Of a stretch of 64,000 bases of DNA, positions 51,425 through 64,000 are shown piece by piece. Below the pieces are notes generated by a model, which saw only the letters and a program-made list of their open reading frames with translations, made no database searches and was not told where the DNA came from. The translations under genes and the position numbers were made by a program. This DNA is from Octopus sinensis (lineage: Eukaryota), in the NCBI RefSeq assembly GCF_006345805.1, contig NC_043013.1, positions 17,050,001 through 17,114,000 on the forward strand. Direction: 5' to 3'. The first letter of the stretch is position 1; each line of letters starts with the position of its first letter.

Positions 51425-51826
51425 TACTCTTTACTCTTTTACTCGTTTCAGTCATTTGACTGTGGCCATGCTGGACCACCGCCTTTAATCGAGCAACTCG
51501 ACCCCGGGACTTATTCTTTTGTAAGCCCAGTACTTATTCTATCAGTCTCTTTTGCTGAACCGCTAAGTAACGGAGACATAAACACACCAGCATCGGTTGT
51601 CAAGCAATGCTAGGGGGACAAACACAAACACACAAACGCATATATATATATATATACATATATACGACAGGCTTCTTTCAGTTTACGTCTACCAAATCCA
51701 CTCACAAGGCTTTGGTCAGCCCAAGGCTATAGTAGAAGACACTTGCCCAAGGTGCCACGCAGTGGGACTGAACCCGGAACCATGTGGTTGGTAAACAAGC
51801 TACTTACCACACAGCCACTCCTGCGC
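51425..51826 (-). mobile_element. Full-length young tRNA/CORE-like SINE (family 2, non-RTE tail)
   Basis: Head GCGCAGGAGTGGCTGTGTGG (A-box) and GGTTCAGTCCC (B-box), CORE-like CACCTTGGGCAAGTGTCTT, and a tail ending TGACTGAAAC..(AAAGAGT)n. Related copies at about 21985-22620, 36745-37050, 49905-50280, 54743-55007 and 63330-63720. Confidence 0.88.
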
Positions 51827-52492
51827 TCCATACTAGCTTTTATATATTAACACACATATATGTATGGCATCATCATCATCATCATAGCTACACATATATA
51901 CATAAATGTATATCATCATTACAGTTGTCACTGATGTCGTTTTCATGTTCACTTTTTCATGCTTCATGGGTCACATGAAGTTTGTTCCAAGTAAGGTAAT
52001 ATTTCCCCTTGGCCAGATGAATTTTTCAAGGAAGACGGAAAACAAACAACATTGCTTACACACTCACTCACTCACACACACACACACACACACACGCGCG
52101 CGTGCGCACATGCACACACACACACACACATGTGACTGACAAGCTTCTTTCAAGACTTTGGTTGACCCAGGGTTATAGATGTTTCCCCAAGATGTTGTGC
52201 AGCAGGACTGAATCCAAAACCATGCAGCTGCGAACCAAGTTTCTCCACCACAGAACCATACATGCACCTACATATCAGAATTGTTTCAATGTCCATTTTC
52301 CCATACCTGCATGGGTTGGACAGAATTTATTGAGACAAATTTTCTATGGCCAGATACGTTCTTCCTGTTACAAACACTCACTTGTTTCCAGGTAAGGTAA
52401 CATTTCCTTTTGACCAGACATGTTTTCTTGGAACATTTCAAACAATGAAAAATACTTGCATGACTGTAACATACATATATGTATATACCACC

Positions 52493-52797
52493 ATGATCAC
52501 CGTGACCGACCAAGCTATCAGATGTTGCTACACATCGCTGGTCACAATGCGCTTCGCATTGTTTTAGCCTTCAAATGACGCCACCCCGCTGGCTAAGAGA
52601 GCAGGCCAACAGAAGAAAGAGTGAGAGAAAGTTGTGGCGAAAGAGTACAGCAGGGATCGCCACCACCCCCTGTCGGAGTCTCATGGAGCTTTTAAGTGTC
52701 TTCGCTCAATAAACACTTACAATGCCCGGTCTGGGAATCAAAACAACGATCCTACAACCGCAAGTCCGCTGCCCTAACCACTGGGCCATTGCACCTC
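52493..52797 (-). mobile_element. tRNA-derived SINE (family 4)
   Basis: On the minus strand the head GGTGCAATGGCCCAGTGGTTAGGGCAGCGGACTTGCGG..GATTCCCAGACCGGGC is clearly tRNA-like. A non-tRNA body follows, so it is not a functional tRNA gene. Confidence 0.75.
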
Positions 52798-52830
<33 letters not shown>

Positions 52831-52860
52831 GTATACACACACACACATATATATATGTAT

Positions 52861-52896
<36 letters not shown>

Positions 52897-54400
52897 GTAT
52901 ACACACACACACACACAGAGTGGAACCTCGATTTATGAATTTAATTCATTCTTGAAGGATGTTTATCATCCAAAATGTTTGAAACCAATTTGTTTGTGAA
53001 GAGAGGTGTTTCTAAACTGAGGTTCAACTATATGTGTATATGTGTGTGTATACACACACATTTATCTACCTAATTATACATAAACACATGTATATATACA
53101 CACATGCACATGAACACACGTGTGTGAGTGTATGCATATATGCCTATAGTTGATTTGCTCTAGAGTTATCTTTAACCCATATTGAAGCAGTGCATGGCTT
53201 TGAGGAAGCTATAAGATGCTGCACAAGCAAACAGCATTGACTGCACTGCTACTTATAGCAGAAACAACTGTAAGGCAATGAAATTGATTATGTAACTCCT
53301 ATTGTTTTATCATTCACTAATTGATATTACACACTGTACTCTCCTGACACTTTACTCTAAAACACAAAGTTCTAACAACTGGTTATTAGTATCACTATGT
53401 ATAAGCAAAATCATTACACACACACACATGGTAATAAAATCACACTACACTTTGATCTTAACCAAGAGACTAGAATAAGTGCATGTCTCTGTGTGTGTAT
53501 GCATAGGTTTGTGTGTGAATGTATGAATGTGAGCATGCATGTTGAATGAAGCATCTGTCAAGTAGGTGTCAGAGGGATGAGGTGGATGCGATGGGATGCA
53601 TGTGTACACATCTAAGTGCATGAGTGAGTGCACAAATGAAAGGTTTCTGTCAGAGGTGAGTGTTTGAAAGCAAAAGGTCTCTTAAGTGTATATGTGTAGG
53701 TGTGAGAGTGTGCGTGCGCTCGTGTACATAGAAGAGACATCTATAAAGAAGTGCTTTATTGTGTAACAACAGCAGCAGCAACAACAATAGTAATTATTAG
53801 ATTGAGTACAAAGAGCAGATGTTTGAACCGAGAGTTAACTAACAATATAGCCGAGCCAATGAGGGAGTGTATGCATGTATAATAAAGAGAGGGAGGAAAG
53901 ATGGAGAGCTAATAACCAGCTGAAATTTCCACAACATGGCTTCTCCATGTTTGTTGTTTTTTTATCTCAATAGGGAATTATATTTGAAGTGGATGTGATG
54001 AGAGGAAGGAAGAGGGAGAAAGGATGAAATAATTGAAAATAACAACAACAAAAAGCATTAAAAAAATACATAAAAATGTTTTCAAATGTTTTAAAAATTC
54101 AGCAAGCAGACCCTACTATAATAATAATAATCTTTTCTATTATAGGCACAAGGCCTGGATTTTAGTGGGGAGGGGTACAAACAATCACATCGACTGTAGT
54201 ACTTTACTGGTACTTAATTTATTGACCCTGAGAGGATGAAAGGCAAAGTTAACTACAGTGGGATTTGAACTCAAAGGGTATAGAGCCAAAAGAAATGCCA
54301 ATAAGCGTTTTGTCCAAGGATTCATAAGGGCCCATTCATTCATGCAATAATATATGAGGAAAATGGTTTACAAAACATGTAGGGATGTCCAAACAGCAAT

Positions 54401-54510
54401 TTACATCCACAATCATATTTTAATACCTCACCACAAGGAGTAGAAATGAGATGTTTTACATTCACAATCATATTTTAATACCTCACCACAAGGAGTAGAA
54501 ATGAGATGTT
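54401..54510. repeat. Tandem duplication, 2 x 55 bp
   Basis: TTACAT(C/T)CACAATCATATTTTAATACCTCACCACAAGGAGTAGAAATGAGATGTT occurs twice. Confidence 0.9.
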
Positions 54511-55007
54511 CAGATAAGCAACCTTGTTTTCCAACCTAGCACACATGTAATATCTCTTTTTCAGCACAAATAATTATCATAATTACTTTATTATTCCATT
54601 TCATTATATTATCTATGTAAAGACAGTTTTGTCTTCCATACTGTATGTTTACAGAAAAACCTTAAGGTCTCTTCACTCAATCCAACTCTCCCTATTTCTC
54701 CCTCTCTTCCACACTCATTTATTATTGTCATTTATTCATTCATTTACTCTTTTACTTGTTTCAGTCATTTGACTGCGGCCATGCTGGAGTACTGCTTTCA
54801 GTCGAGCAAATCGACCCCAGGACAAATTCTTTGTAAGCCTAGTACTTATTTAAGTGGTCTCTTTCACTGAACCGCTAAGTTACGGGGATGTAAAACACGC
54901 CACCATCGGTTGTCAAGCGATGTTGGGGGGACAAACACAGACACACATACATATATACGACAGGCTTCCTTCAGTTTCCATCTACCAAATCCACTCACAA
55001 GGCTTTG

Positions 55008-55920
55008 TATGATGCATGTGTGTGAACAGCCATGCTACATGGCAGTGAAACATGGGCTGTGATTGTTGAGGACATGCGTAAGCTTGCAAGGAGTGAAGCT
55101 AGTATGCTCTGCTGGATGTGTAATGTCAGTGTGCATACATACACAACAGAGTGTAAGCACCCTGAGAGAAAAGTTGGACATAAGAAGCATCAAATGCAGT
55201 GTGCAAGAGAGACGACTGCACTGGTATGGTCATGTGTTGCATATGGATGAGGACAGCTGTGTAAAGAAGTTCCACAGCCGAGCAGTTGAGGGAACCTGTG
55301 GAAGAGGTAGACCCAAGAAGACCTGTGATGAGGTGGTGAAGCACAACCTTCAAATGCTGGGCATCACAGGGGCAATGACAATTGACCGAGACCTTTGGAG
55401 ATATGCTGTGCTTGAGAAGACCCAGCAAGCCAAATGAAACCATAACCATGGCCTATGCCAGTGCAGCATAACTGGCCCTAAAAAGAGTACCCTTCACTCA
55501 TTGGGCAATAAACTGCACTTGCAAAGACCTGTTGAGGCAAGTGAAGTCATTGTTGTGGCAGATGACAGTACTGCTTGATTGGCACATAAAAAACACCATT
55601 CGAGCATGATCATTGCAGGTACCGCCTGACTGGCTCCCATGCTGGTGGTACATAAAAAGCACCATTTGAGCGTGGCACATAATAATCACCATTCGAGCAT
55701 GGTCGATGCCAGTGCCGGCTGACTGGCCCTCATGCTGGTGGCACGTAAAAAGCACCCACTACACTATTGGAGCAGTTAGCATTAGGAAGGGTGTCCAGCT
55801 GTAGAAACTTTGACAGATCAGATTGGAGCCTGGTGCAGCCTTCTGGCTAGCGAGCCCTCAGTCAAACCGTCCAACCCATGCCAGCATGGAAAGCAGATGT
55901 TAAATGACGATGATGATCAT
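55008..55920 (+). mobile_element. 5'-truncated RTE-clade LINE: ORF2 C-terminus plus complete 3' UTR
   Basis: MLHGSETWAV..LREKLDIRSIKCSVQERRLHWYGHVLHMDEDSCVKK..GRGRPKKT..DRDLWRYAV. About four tandem 3'-UTR units, the terminal structure and (GAT)n follow. It is fused at its 5' end to a minus-strand family-2 SINE. Confidence 0.9.
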
Positions 55921-56683
55921 CATGAATCAATATTAACAAAGTTTGCACTAAAAAGAATCAACACCACTTATTTCTGTGATGGTGCCTTAGACAATGCAAC
56001 ACACACACAAAAGAGAATGAGTAACAAAGATGACCTCGGCGGGTTTTGAACTCAGATTACAGAGCATTAGGATGTTGTTATCAATATTATCATCATTATC
56101 ATTGTTTCCATTGTTCTGTCAGCAGATGCTTTTATTTGTTTCTTATTTTTGTTTATTTCCACGATGACATGAGTTGCAGAAATGGTAACAAGACCGAGTG
56201 GGCCACAGCTGCACACCACTCCTAGTAAGAAATACTGCAAGCGCAAACAAAATTCTGATGGTATTTAATTTATATATGAATTTTGTCTGTTTATCTGTTT
56301 GTTTGCTTGTTTGTTTATTTATTTTGGTAAAAGTAACAATTGGGAAAGTCAGGAAAGCAGGCTAAGTTAAACATTTCAGAGAATTTATTGTGTTGATGGT
56401 AATTTATTGCAGTTGTATACAAAGAACCACCTTTTGCAACACAAACATTCCAAAATTCTCATAGCATTCATTTACATTTCAGAAAGAAAAAATGGCAGAA
56501 AATACACACACACACACATATATATACATGTGTATACACACATACACGCACATAAATATATACCCACACACACACATAAATATATACCCACACACACACA
56601 TAATATACCCCCACATACACATATATATACACCCACCCACACACACCCATAAATTCTTCTACTCCACTTAACCCCGCTCTCTC

Positions 56684-56719
<36 letters not shown>

Positions 56720-56749
56720 GGGAGATATATCCCCTCTCTCTCTCTTTAT

Positions 56750-56801
<52 letters not shown>

Positions 56802-57384
56802 GGGGGCGAGTAAAGTAGAGTAGAAAAAATTTAAATAAGTTTGCTATATATTTTGTAATAGAAACCCAAGAGAAAAACCAAAGAGTAATTGTTTTTATTG
56901 GTGCAAGTTTTCTATTTATTAATCCTTAAACATTAAGTTAGATTAATGGAAATTATAAAATGAAATAAATTAATCTTTTCAAAAAGACAGAACTGAAACA
57001 AGAACAAGTCGCCCCAAAAAAAACAGTTGCGAAAGAATGACAGTGTGTAGTGGAGCATATTGAAGAAATATAAATATCAATGAACAATTTGGATTTAAAA
57101 TTTGAATGGATAAAGAAAGAAAAAGTGTTTGAATCTAAGGAAAATGTTGATGTGGGGGGGAGCGAGATAGTGAGAGTTAAAGAAGCTAATGGGGAGTGAA
57201 GAGATATCATCATTATCACCACCATCATCACTCATAGCGGTTAACGTTGTTAAGTCTAACCCAACACAAGGAACTTCAAAAGCACCATGTTTCTGTGGTA
57301 GTTTTGTTTCTTTAATCTTGCTTATTTATTTATTTATTTGTTTTAAAATATTATCATCATCATCGTTATTATTATATAACAAAT

Positions 57385-57830
57385 TAAATAGCTGGCAGAA
57401 CTGTTAGCACAAAGCAAAATACTTAGTGGCATTTTATCTGTCTTCACATTCTGAGTTCAAATTCTACCACGGTCCACTTTGCCATACAAACCTTTTGGGG
57501 TCAATGAAATAAGTACCAGTTGAACACTGGGGTTGATGTAATCAGCTTACCCACTCCCCCAAAATTGCTGGCCTTGTGCCAAAATTTGAAATCATCATTA
57601 TTATTATTATTATTAAGATGAGCCAGCAGAATCATTTGCATGCCAAGCAAAATGCTTAGCAGCATTTTGTCCATCACTATGTTCTGAGTTCAAATTCCAC
57701 CAAGGTCAACCTTGCTTTTCATCCTTCCAGGGTCAATAAAACAAGCACCAGTTGAGCACTGAGACCAATGTAATCAACTTAGCCCCTCCCCTGAAATTGC
57801 TGGCCTTGTACCAAAATTTGGGCAAGCTGG
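57385..57830 (+). repeat. Head-to-tail dimer/trimer of short SINE units
   Basis: Units GCTGGCAGAA..CTGAGTTCAAATTC..AAGTACCAGTTGA..CTGGCCTTGTGCCAAAATTTG, separated by (ATT)n. Confidence 0.75.
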
Positions 57831-59589
57831 CAATATCGTTAGCTTGCCAGCTGAATGCTTAATAGTATAAAAGAGAGGCTCATTTACAACCATCATTTGA
57901 CATCAGTACAAGACACACATGTACAGCAGGCTTCTTTCAGAATCCACTTAGCAAGACTTTGAGCCAGTTATTACCAGAGTTGAAGACACTTGCCTAAGGT
58001 GCCAAGCGCTGGAACTGAACCCAAGACTACATGGCCTTATACAACCATGTTGATATATAAAAAAAATAAATAAAATAAAATCATTTATTCATTTTTTTTT
58101 CTTTTACCAGAAAAGCTTTAAAAGTGATCAATCTGCTTTATGAAACAAATTAAATAGCAACAAATGTCTAACGAAGTCTTTATGAGTTGAAGAAGGATCA
58201 ATAGCAACATGCTATCACTACCGTCCTCGTCCCCACCACCGCCGCCACCATCACTGATCCCTTCCACTTTTTTTCGTTATTAAATACGTTCTTATTACAG
58301 TGCAGCCTATTGTGTTTGCTTCATTTCTTTTCGCAATTAATGTAACCCACACACACACACACACACACACATGCATGTATACGCAAGCTCACACGTTTTC
58401 CTGTGCCTTGTAAAGTGTGCCTCACTCACTGCCCATGTAGCACTAAAGAAACCATCATCATCATATCATCAATATCACATCATCATCATCCAATATCAAC
58501 ATCATTAATATTATCAGTAATTACTGTATTGATTGATTTCTTATCAGAACACATCTCTTACTGTTCAATATATGTGTGTGTGTATTTAAAAAATAAATAT
58601 AGATGACAGCTAGTTCTGGTGTGCTTACATCCCTGTAACTTAGCAGCTCAGCAAGGGAGACTGATAGAATAAGTACCAGGCTTTAAAAAACTAAGTACTA
58701 GAGTCAATACATTCAACATGACCTCAGTCTAATGACTGATACAAATAAAAGATTAAAGATTGAACAAAAGGATAGTAATATTTTTACTAATTATGGCTGT
58801 TTATAGTCAGAGTTCAAATCTCACAAGGATGAAATTTATCTTATCTCTATTCAGGGTCAATAGAATAAAATACAATACCATGTATAAAAAGAGATGAATT
58901 TGATCAATATTTTCTTTGTTGACTTATGCTTTGTTCAAAATCCTTAATAACGGAGTTGATCGAGAATTAGGATTGGCAATATTAATTAACCTTCTCTTGC
59001 TAATTTCAGGCCTTATACCTATGTGAAACAACAATCTTGAGCAGGCAGAATTGTTAGTAAGCGAAATGCTTTGTGACATTTCATCCACCTTTACATATCA
59101 TCATAATCATCATCATTTAAACGTCCGTTTTCCATGCTAGCATGGGTTGGACGGTTCGACCAGGGTCTGGGAAGCCAGAAGGCTGCACCAGGCTCAAGTC
59201 TGATCTGGCAGTGTTTCTACAGCTGGATGCCCTTCCTAACGCCAACCACTCCGTAAGTGTAGTGGGTGCTTTTTACGTGCCACCGGCATAGGTGCCAGGC
59301 GAGGCTGGCAACAGCTGGAATCGGGTGGTGTTTTTTACGTACCACCAGCACGGAAGCTAGTCAAGGCAGCACTGGCATCGGCCATGTTCGGATGGTACTT
59401 TTTACGTGCCACCGGCACAGGGATCACAACTACAATTTCCATTGATTTTTGATGTTGATGTACTTGACTCAATAGGTCTCCTCAAGCACAGGGTCGAAAT
59501 GGTGTTTCTTTACTTGCCACCTGCACAGGAGTCAGTCCAGCGGCACTGGCAACGACCAGGTGCCAGTCATCGAATTTGGCTCAATTTTG

Positions 59590-60165
59590 ATATTCAAATC
59601 CTGCTGAGGTTGACTTTGCCTTTCATCCTTTCAGGATCGATGAAATAAGTACCAGTTATGCACTAGGGTCAAGATAATCAACTTATTTCCTCCCACAAAA
59701 TTTCAGGCCTTGTGCCTATAGCACAAAGGATTATTATCATTATTATTATTAAGAAGGCAAGTTGTCAGAATTGTTAGCATGCCAGACAACATGCTCAACA
59801 GCATTTCACCCATGTTTATGTCCGGAGTTCAGTTTCTGCCAAGGTCAACTTAGCCTGTCATCCTTTCAGGCGTGATGAAATAAGTACTAGTTGGGCACTG
59901 GAGTCGTAATTAACTAACCCTCTAACCCAAAATTTCTGGCCTTATGCCTATACAAAAAAAGATATTATGGTAGTAAGCTAACAGAATCATTAGGGCATTA
60001 TGCAAAATGCTTAGTGGCGTTTCTTCAGCACACAACATTTTGAGTTCAAATTCTGCCAAGGTTAACTTAGGTTTTCATCCTTTCAAGATCAATAAAACAA
60101 AGTACCAGTAATCAACTACTTCCTCCCCAATTGCTGGCCTTGTGACAAAATTCAAAACATTATTA
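59590..60165 (+). repeat. Head-to-tail trimer of short SINE units
   Basis: Three successive units each end GGCCTT(G/A)TG(C/A)C..AAA followed by an ATT-rich spacer. Confidence 0.75.
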
Positions 60166-61498
60166 TCATTATAATTATTATGATTATTATTATTATCATC
60201 CAGCTGCTGTATTGATTTCTCCTCAAAACATAATTTCTCCATTACATCCTCTTAAGAAAGTCTGTTTCTATTTAAATAAAACAGGAACATAGGCTTTGTA
60301 TAAACAACATTAACAAACTTCATTAAAAGCACAATTCATAAAAACACACACGCACAGCCTTAGACGTGCACATAGAGACATGCATGTCATGTACACATGC
60401 ACAGACGTATATACAGACAAATACATAAACAGATATATATACGTCTCAACGATGTACACAACTGCATTCACACACAATCACTCTCTTACATTACCTTTCT
60501 CTCTCTCTCCCTCACTCTCTCTCTTTCACACACATTAGCACACATACTCACACATATGGAAATTGTTGATAAGTATGATGAAAATATTCTTTTTTTTTCT
60601 TAATTCTATCAGACACTCAGATAATTAACAATGTCTTAGATAAAACATGCAACCCCATGATCTATCACACACACATACACATTTTTCTCCAGCTATCACC
60701 TAATGTCAAGACAAGGAGGCACATGCATACACACACACTCACAATCGTTATACCAGTCTGCTTTGGCATGGTTTCTATAATTGAATGCCCTTCCTATCAC
60801 CAACGACTTTACACTATGTACTTACTGGGTGCGACTTTCATGCCACCAGCACTAGTAAGGTTGCCATGCAAGTTACAAGACTGAAATCTGAGGTGGAAGG
60901 AAGGGCAGCTTAATACTAGGGGTGAAGAAGAGCAGGTTCTTGTTTAGGGGCTACATAGTTTCTCACATTTAAAAGAGGTGAGATGCTCAGTATGAACTGC
61001 AAAGAAGTCAACGGTTGTGATGAGGAGTCCTTGTGACTCCTCAAGGTACAAGGTGAGTAGAAGTGGGTAGAAAAAGAGGAACTAGGAGTGGTGGGGGAGA
61101 ATTGCAAGGTGTGCAAGGGGGGAGGGAGTAAAAATGAGAAAATGGGAGGTAAGTAACAACTGTAAAAACTGGATAGGGTTGAAGGGTGGATGCAAAGTGT
61201 GATGGATGAGGGCTGGGGATATCCATTTGATTGAATAAATATGAAGGAATTGTTTTACAGTTGGATACCCTTCCTGTTGGTAACACTCAGCTGCTTTTTT
61301 TCTACATGTTTTAGTAAGGGATTTTTTATAACACAGTCTATGAAAACCCAGAGCTAGAGGGTGATTTTGTTGACTTGAAAATGATATTCATCACTGTCTA
61401 TAGCTCACAACTTTGCATGGGGACCAAGAGATTTAAACATAAAGATGCACACGCGCGCACACACACACACATTATCATCATCTTCTTCAATGCTACTT

Positions 61499-62035
61499 CA
61501 GAGTGGGGCAGAGAGGACAGATGTTTTTGAAATGGCTATTACTCAGCCCCAGGAGGAGGGACATATCTCTGATAGGTACCATTCAGTCCATGGTGTCTTA
61601 ACATATTTTTTTTTCTTTTCAGGTGAAGCCATGGCACTGTGGACGATAAAGCATCGCATGTTTGCCTACAACAGTTACGTGAAGAATAAGTCTGTCACAG
61701 CAATTCAGCATAAGTCTTGGCACTACTTCAACATTCACCAAAATCAGGCTGCTCCCACCCGTAACACAATCTTACATTGGGTGAGTGCACTTCGTACACA
61801 AGGTACACTAATGAACAGGAGACCAGTGGGGGTGCCAGAAATGGTATGGACCCTGGAAAATGTGGAACACATCAGACAAGCTTTGATACAGAGTCCAAAT
61901 CACTCTTCTCAGAGGCATTCCACTGGAATTGGCATCAGTAATCAATCGGTAAAGCTTATTTTGCATGAAGACCTGCATTTCCACCTGTACAAATTGGTCG
62001 TTGGGCAACAGTTGAAGCCATGGGACTATGCACAG
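61499..62035 (+). mobile_element. 5' half of a Tc1-like DNA transposon (DUF4817-type HTH N-terminus), truncated by a SINE
   Basis: TIR-like CAGAGTGGGGCAG at 61499 and ATG at 61631. MALWTIKHRMFAYNSYVKNKSVTAIQ..APTRNTILHWV..GTL..R..TLENVEHIRQAL..SP..S.QRHS..GIS..SVKLILHEDLHFHLYK matches the N-terminal HTH of this Tc1-like group. Confidence 0.8.
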
Positions 62036-62557
62036 TCGATAAATTAAGTACCAGTTACGTACTGGGGTCAATGTAATCGACTTAATCCCTTTGTCTGTCC
62101 TTGTTTGTCCCCTCTATGTTTAGCCCCTTGTGGGCAATAAAGAAATAAGAAAATAGACATTCAAAGTTGATGATGATGATAATGGACACCTCTGCCAACA
62201 ATATAACAACCATGCCCTCATCAAAATAATACTGATACCATAGTGACCAATAACAACACCGTCTTCAGAAGCAAATGAGGAAGACTCTAATGGTTATCTG
62301 ACCTGTAAGAAATAACAGCCAACTTCCCCTCAAATCATATCCTGCTATCTAAGACAAGAAAACATTGGATAATGTGGCTGGGTTCCATGTACAACATTTG
62401 AAAACAACAGGATGGTCATGTCTAGAAACACCTAAAACTGATCTAAGCTTAAACAACAACACCACCATTATCAACACTAGTAAGACCACCACAACCATTA
62501 ACACCAGCTTTCAGTACCCCCTACCCAATAAACAAACAAAATCTGTGAATCTGACCT

Positions 62558-62789
62558 ATTTCTTTACTACCCACAAGGGGCTAAACACAGAGGGGACAAA
62601 CAAGGACAGACAAAGGGATTAAGTTGATCATATCAACCCCAGTGCGTAACTGGTCCTTAATTTATCGACCCCAAAAGGATGAAAGGCAAAGTTGACCTCG
62701 GTGGAATTTGAACTCAGAACATAATGGCAGGCAAAATACTGCTAAGCATTTCGCCCAGCGTTCTAACGATTCTGCCAGCTCGCCGCCTT
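62558..62789 (-). mobile_element. Full-length young family-1 SINE with 10-bp TSD
   Basis: Flanked by AATCTGACCT at 62548-62557 and 62790-62799. Confidence 0.9.
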
Positions 62790-64000
62790 AATCTGACCTG
62801 TAAGCAACTACTACTACCACCACCAGCACCACTACAACCACCACTGTAACTCTTATCATAATCACAACTACAAGATTACAAGATATGAACAGACATTGAG
62901 TATTTGATAGCTCAATAAATGAATAAAAGATAGAAAAAAAAAGAAGCAAACAATCAGAAAAGAGATAGGGAGGATAATGAAAAGAATAAAAACAAAAAAC
63001 AGTCCTTTAATATAAACTGCATATGGAAACATTATATTTTATATTCTGTAATCTGAACCAAGTTTGGAATTCATGGCAACAAGCAGTCTTCACCTCTCCC
63101 GCCCACTGCCTAACCCCTGACATAGTCAACAGATAAGGAATTAGATGATACAACAGTTACAGCTTCAAGCTAATGGTGGGAGGGATGCAGCGGGTGATGA
63201 GGTGTAGTGAGTGTCTGTCCAGGCGGAGGCTTGACTAGCTAGAAATAGCAGCAAGGTTTCTTAGAATCATGTTTTACCAACAGGATGACACTACGAAGGG
63301 GTAATGTAAACCCTACAAAGGCATAAGCATGACTGTGATTAAGAAGCTCACTTTGCATCTATGTACTTTTGGGGTCAATCCCTTGCAGGGCACCTTGGGC
63401 AAGTGTCAATTATAGCCCCAGGCTAACCAATGCCTTATGAGGGAATTTGGTAAATTTGTGTGGAAGCCTGTCATTTACATATATATATATACATATATTG
63501 TGTGTGTGTGTGTGTGCCCACTACCACAACTGCTTAACTGGTAATGGTTTGTTTATGTCTCCATAACTTAGCAGTTCAGCAAAAGAGACTGATAGACTAA
63601 ATACCAAACTGAAAAAATAAGTAGTAGGATTGAATTGTTCAACTAAAAATCCTCCCAAATAGTAACCCAGCATGGTTAACAGTCCTGAAAATGGCTGAGA
63701 CAAGTAAAAGGTAGAAGATAGCCTTAAGGTGAAATGGTAAGTCACAGTTGGAATGTCTTTCAGCATAGCTCTGCTTGATCAGGACTAACACACAGCTAAA
63801 CAACAACACTAAGAAATAACAGATAAATCTCCCACAAATCACATCCTAATGTCTTGGATATTTTGGATAAAACAGTCTAAGATATGTTTGAAAAAATTAC
63901 AAGACAAGATGGTCATGATCAGAGCATCATTGATAATTCTTGTTGAACAGTTTTGACCAGGGTTAAACAACAACAAGCATGCGCAACAGCAACACTTATG

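Noticed and set aside
52720-52797. tRNA gene
   Set aside because: The tRNA-like head continues into a SINE body and lacks a complete cloverleaf and oligo-T terminator. The same holds for the other SINE heads.
53840-53860. CCAAT box (AGCCAATGAG) as a promoter
   Set aside because: A single short motif with no identifiable TSS, first exon or CpG-rich context.
56670-56810. Quasi-palindromic (CT)n-(TA)n-(TA)n-(GA)n block
   Set aside because: The symmetry is explained by self-complementary dinucleotide repeats, and such stretches are prone to sequencing or assembly error.

Overview
AT-rich, repeat-dense animal genomic DNA. The SINE, LINE and MITE families and the microsatellite load resemble Octopus repeats; this is recognition from memory, not a database result. 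Much of the window is decayed mobile DNA: tRNA-derived SINEs of at least three modular types, RTE-clade LINE 3' fragments, a Tx1/L1-like 3' end, a Penelope-like element, a Gypsy pol remnant, two Tc1/mariner remnants, non-autonomous Helitrons, TTAA-flanked piggyBac-like MITEs and a Mutator-like MITE. I found no rRNA, true tRNA, CRISPR array or confidently nameable host gene. Nearly all long ORFs in the track are microsatellite or minisatellite artefacts or transposon remnants. A few unique islands have exon-like splice signals, mostly on the minus strand, and are reported only as low-confidence candidates. The most interesting observations are: (i) a structured 61/62-bp minisatellite with higher-order organisation inside a LINE 3' UTR; (ii) a 281-bp foldback palindrome; (iii) a SINE whose 3' tail matches a Tx1-like LINE tail in the same window; (iv) a variant minimal hammerhead-ribozyme motif; (v) a 9-bp-TSD MITE carrying TTAGGG repeats; (vi) head-to-tail SINE multimers.
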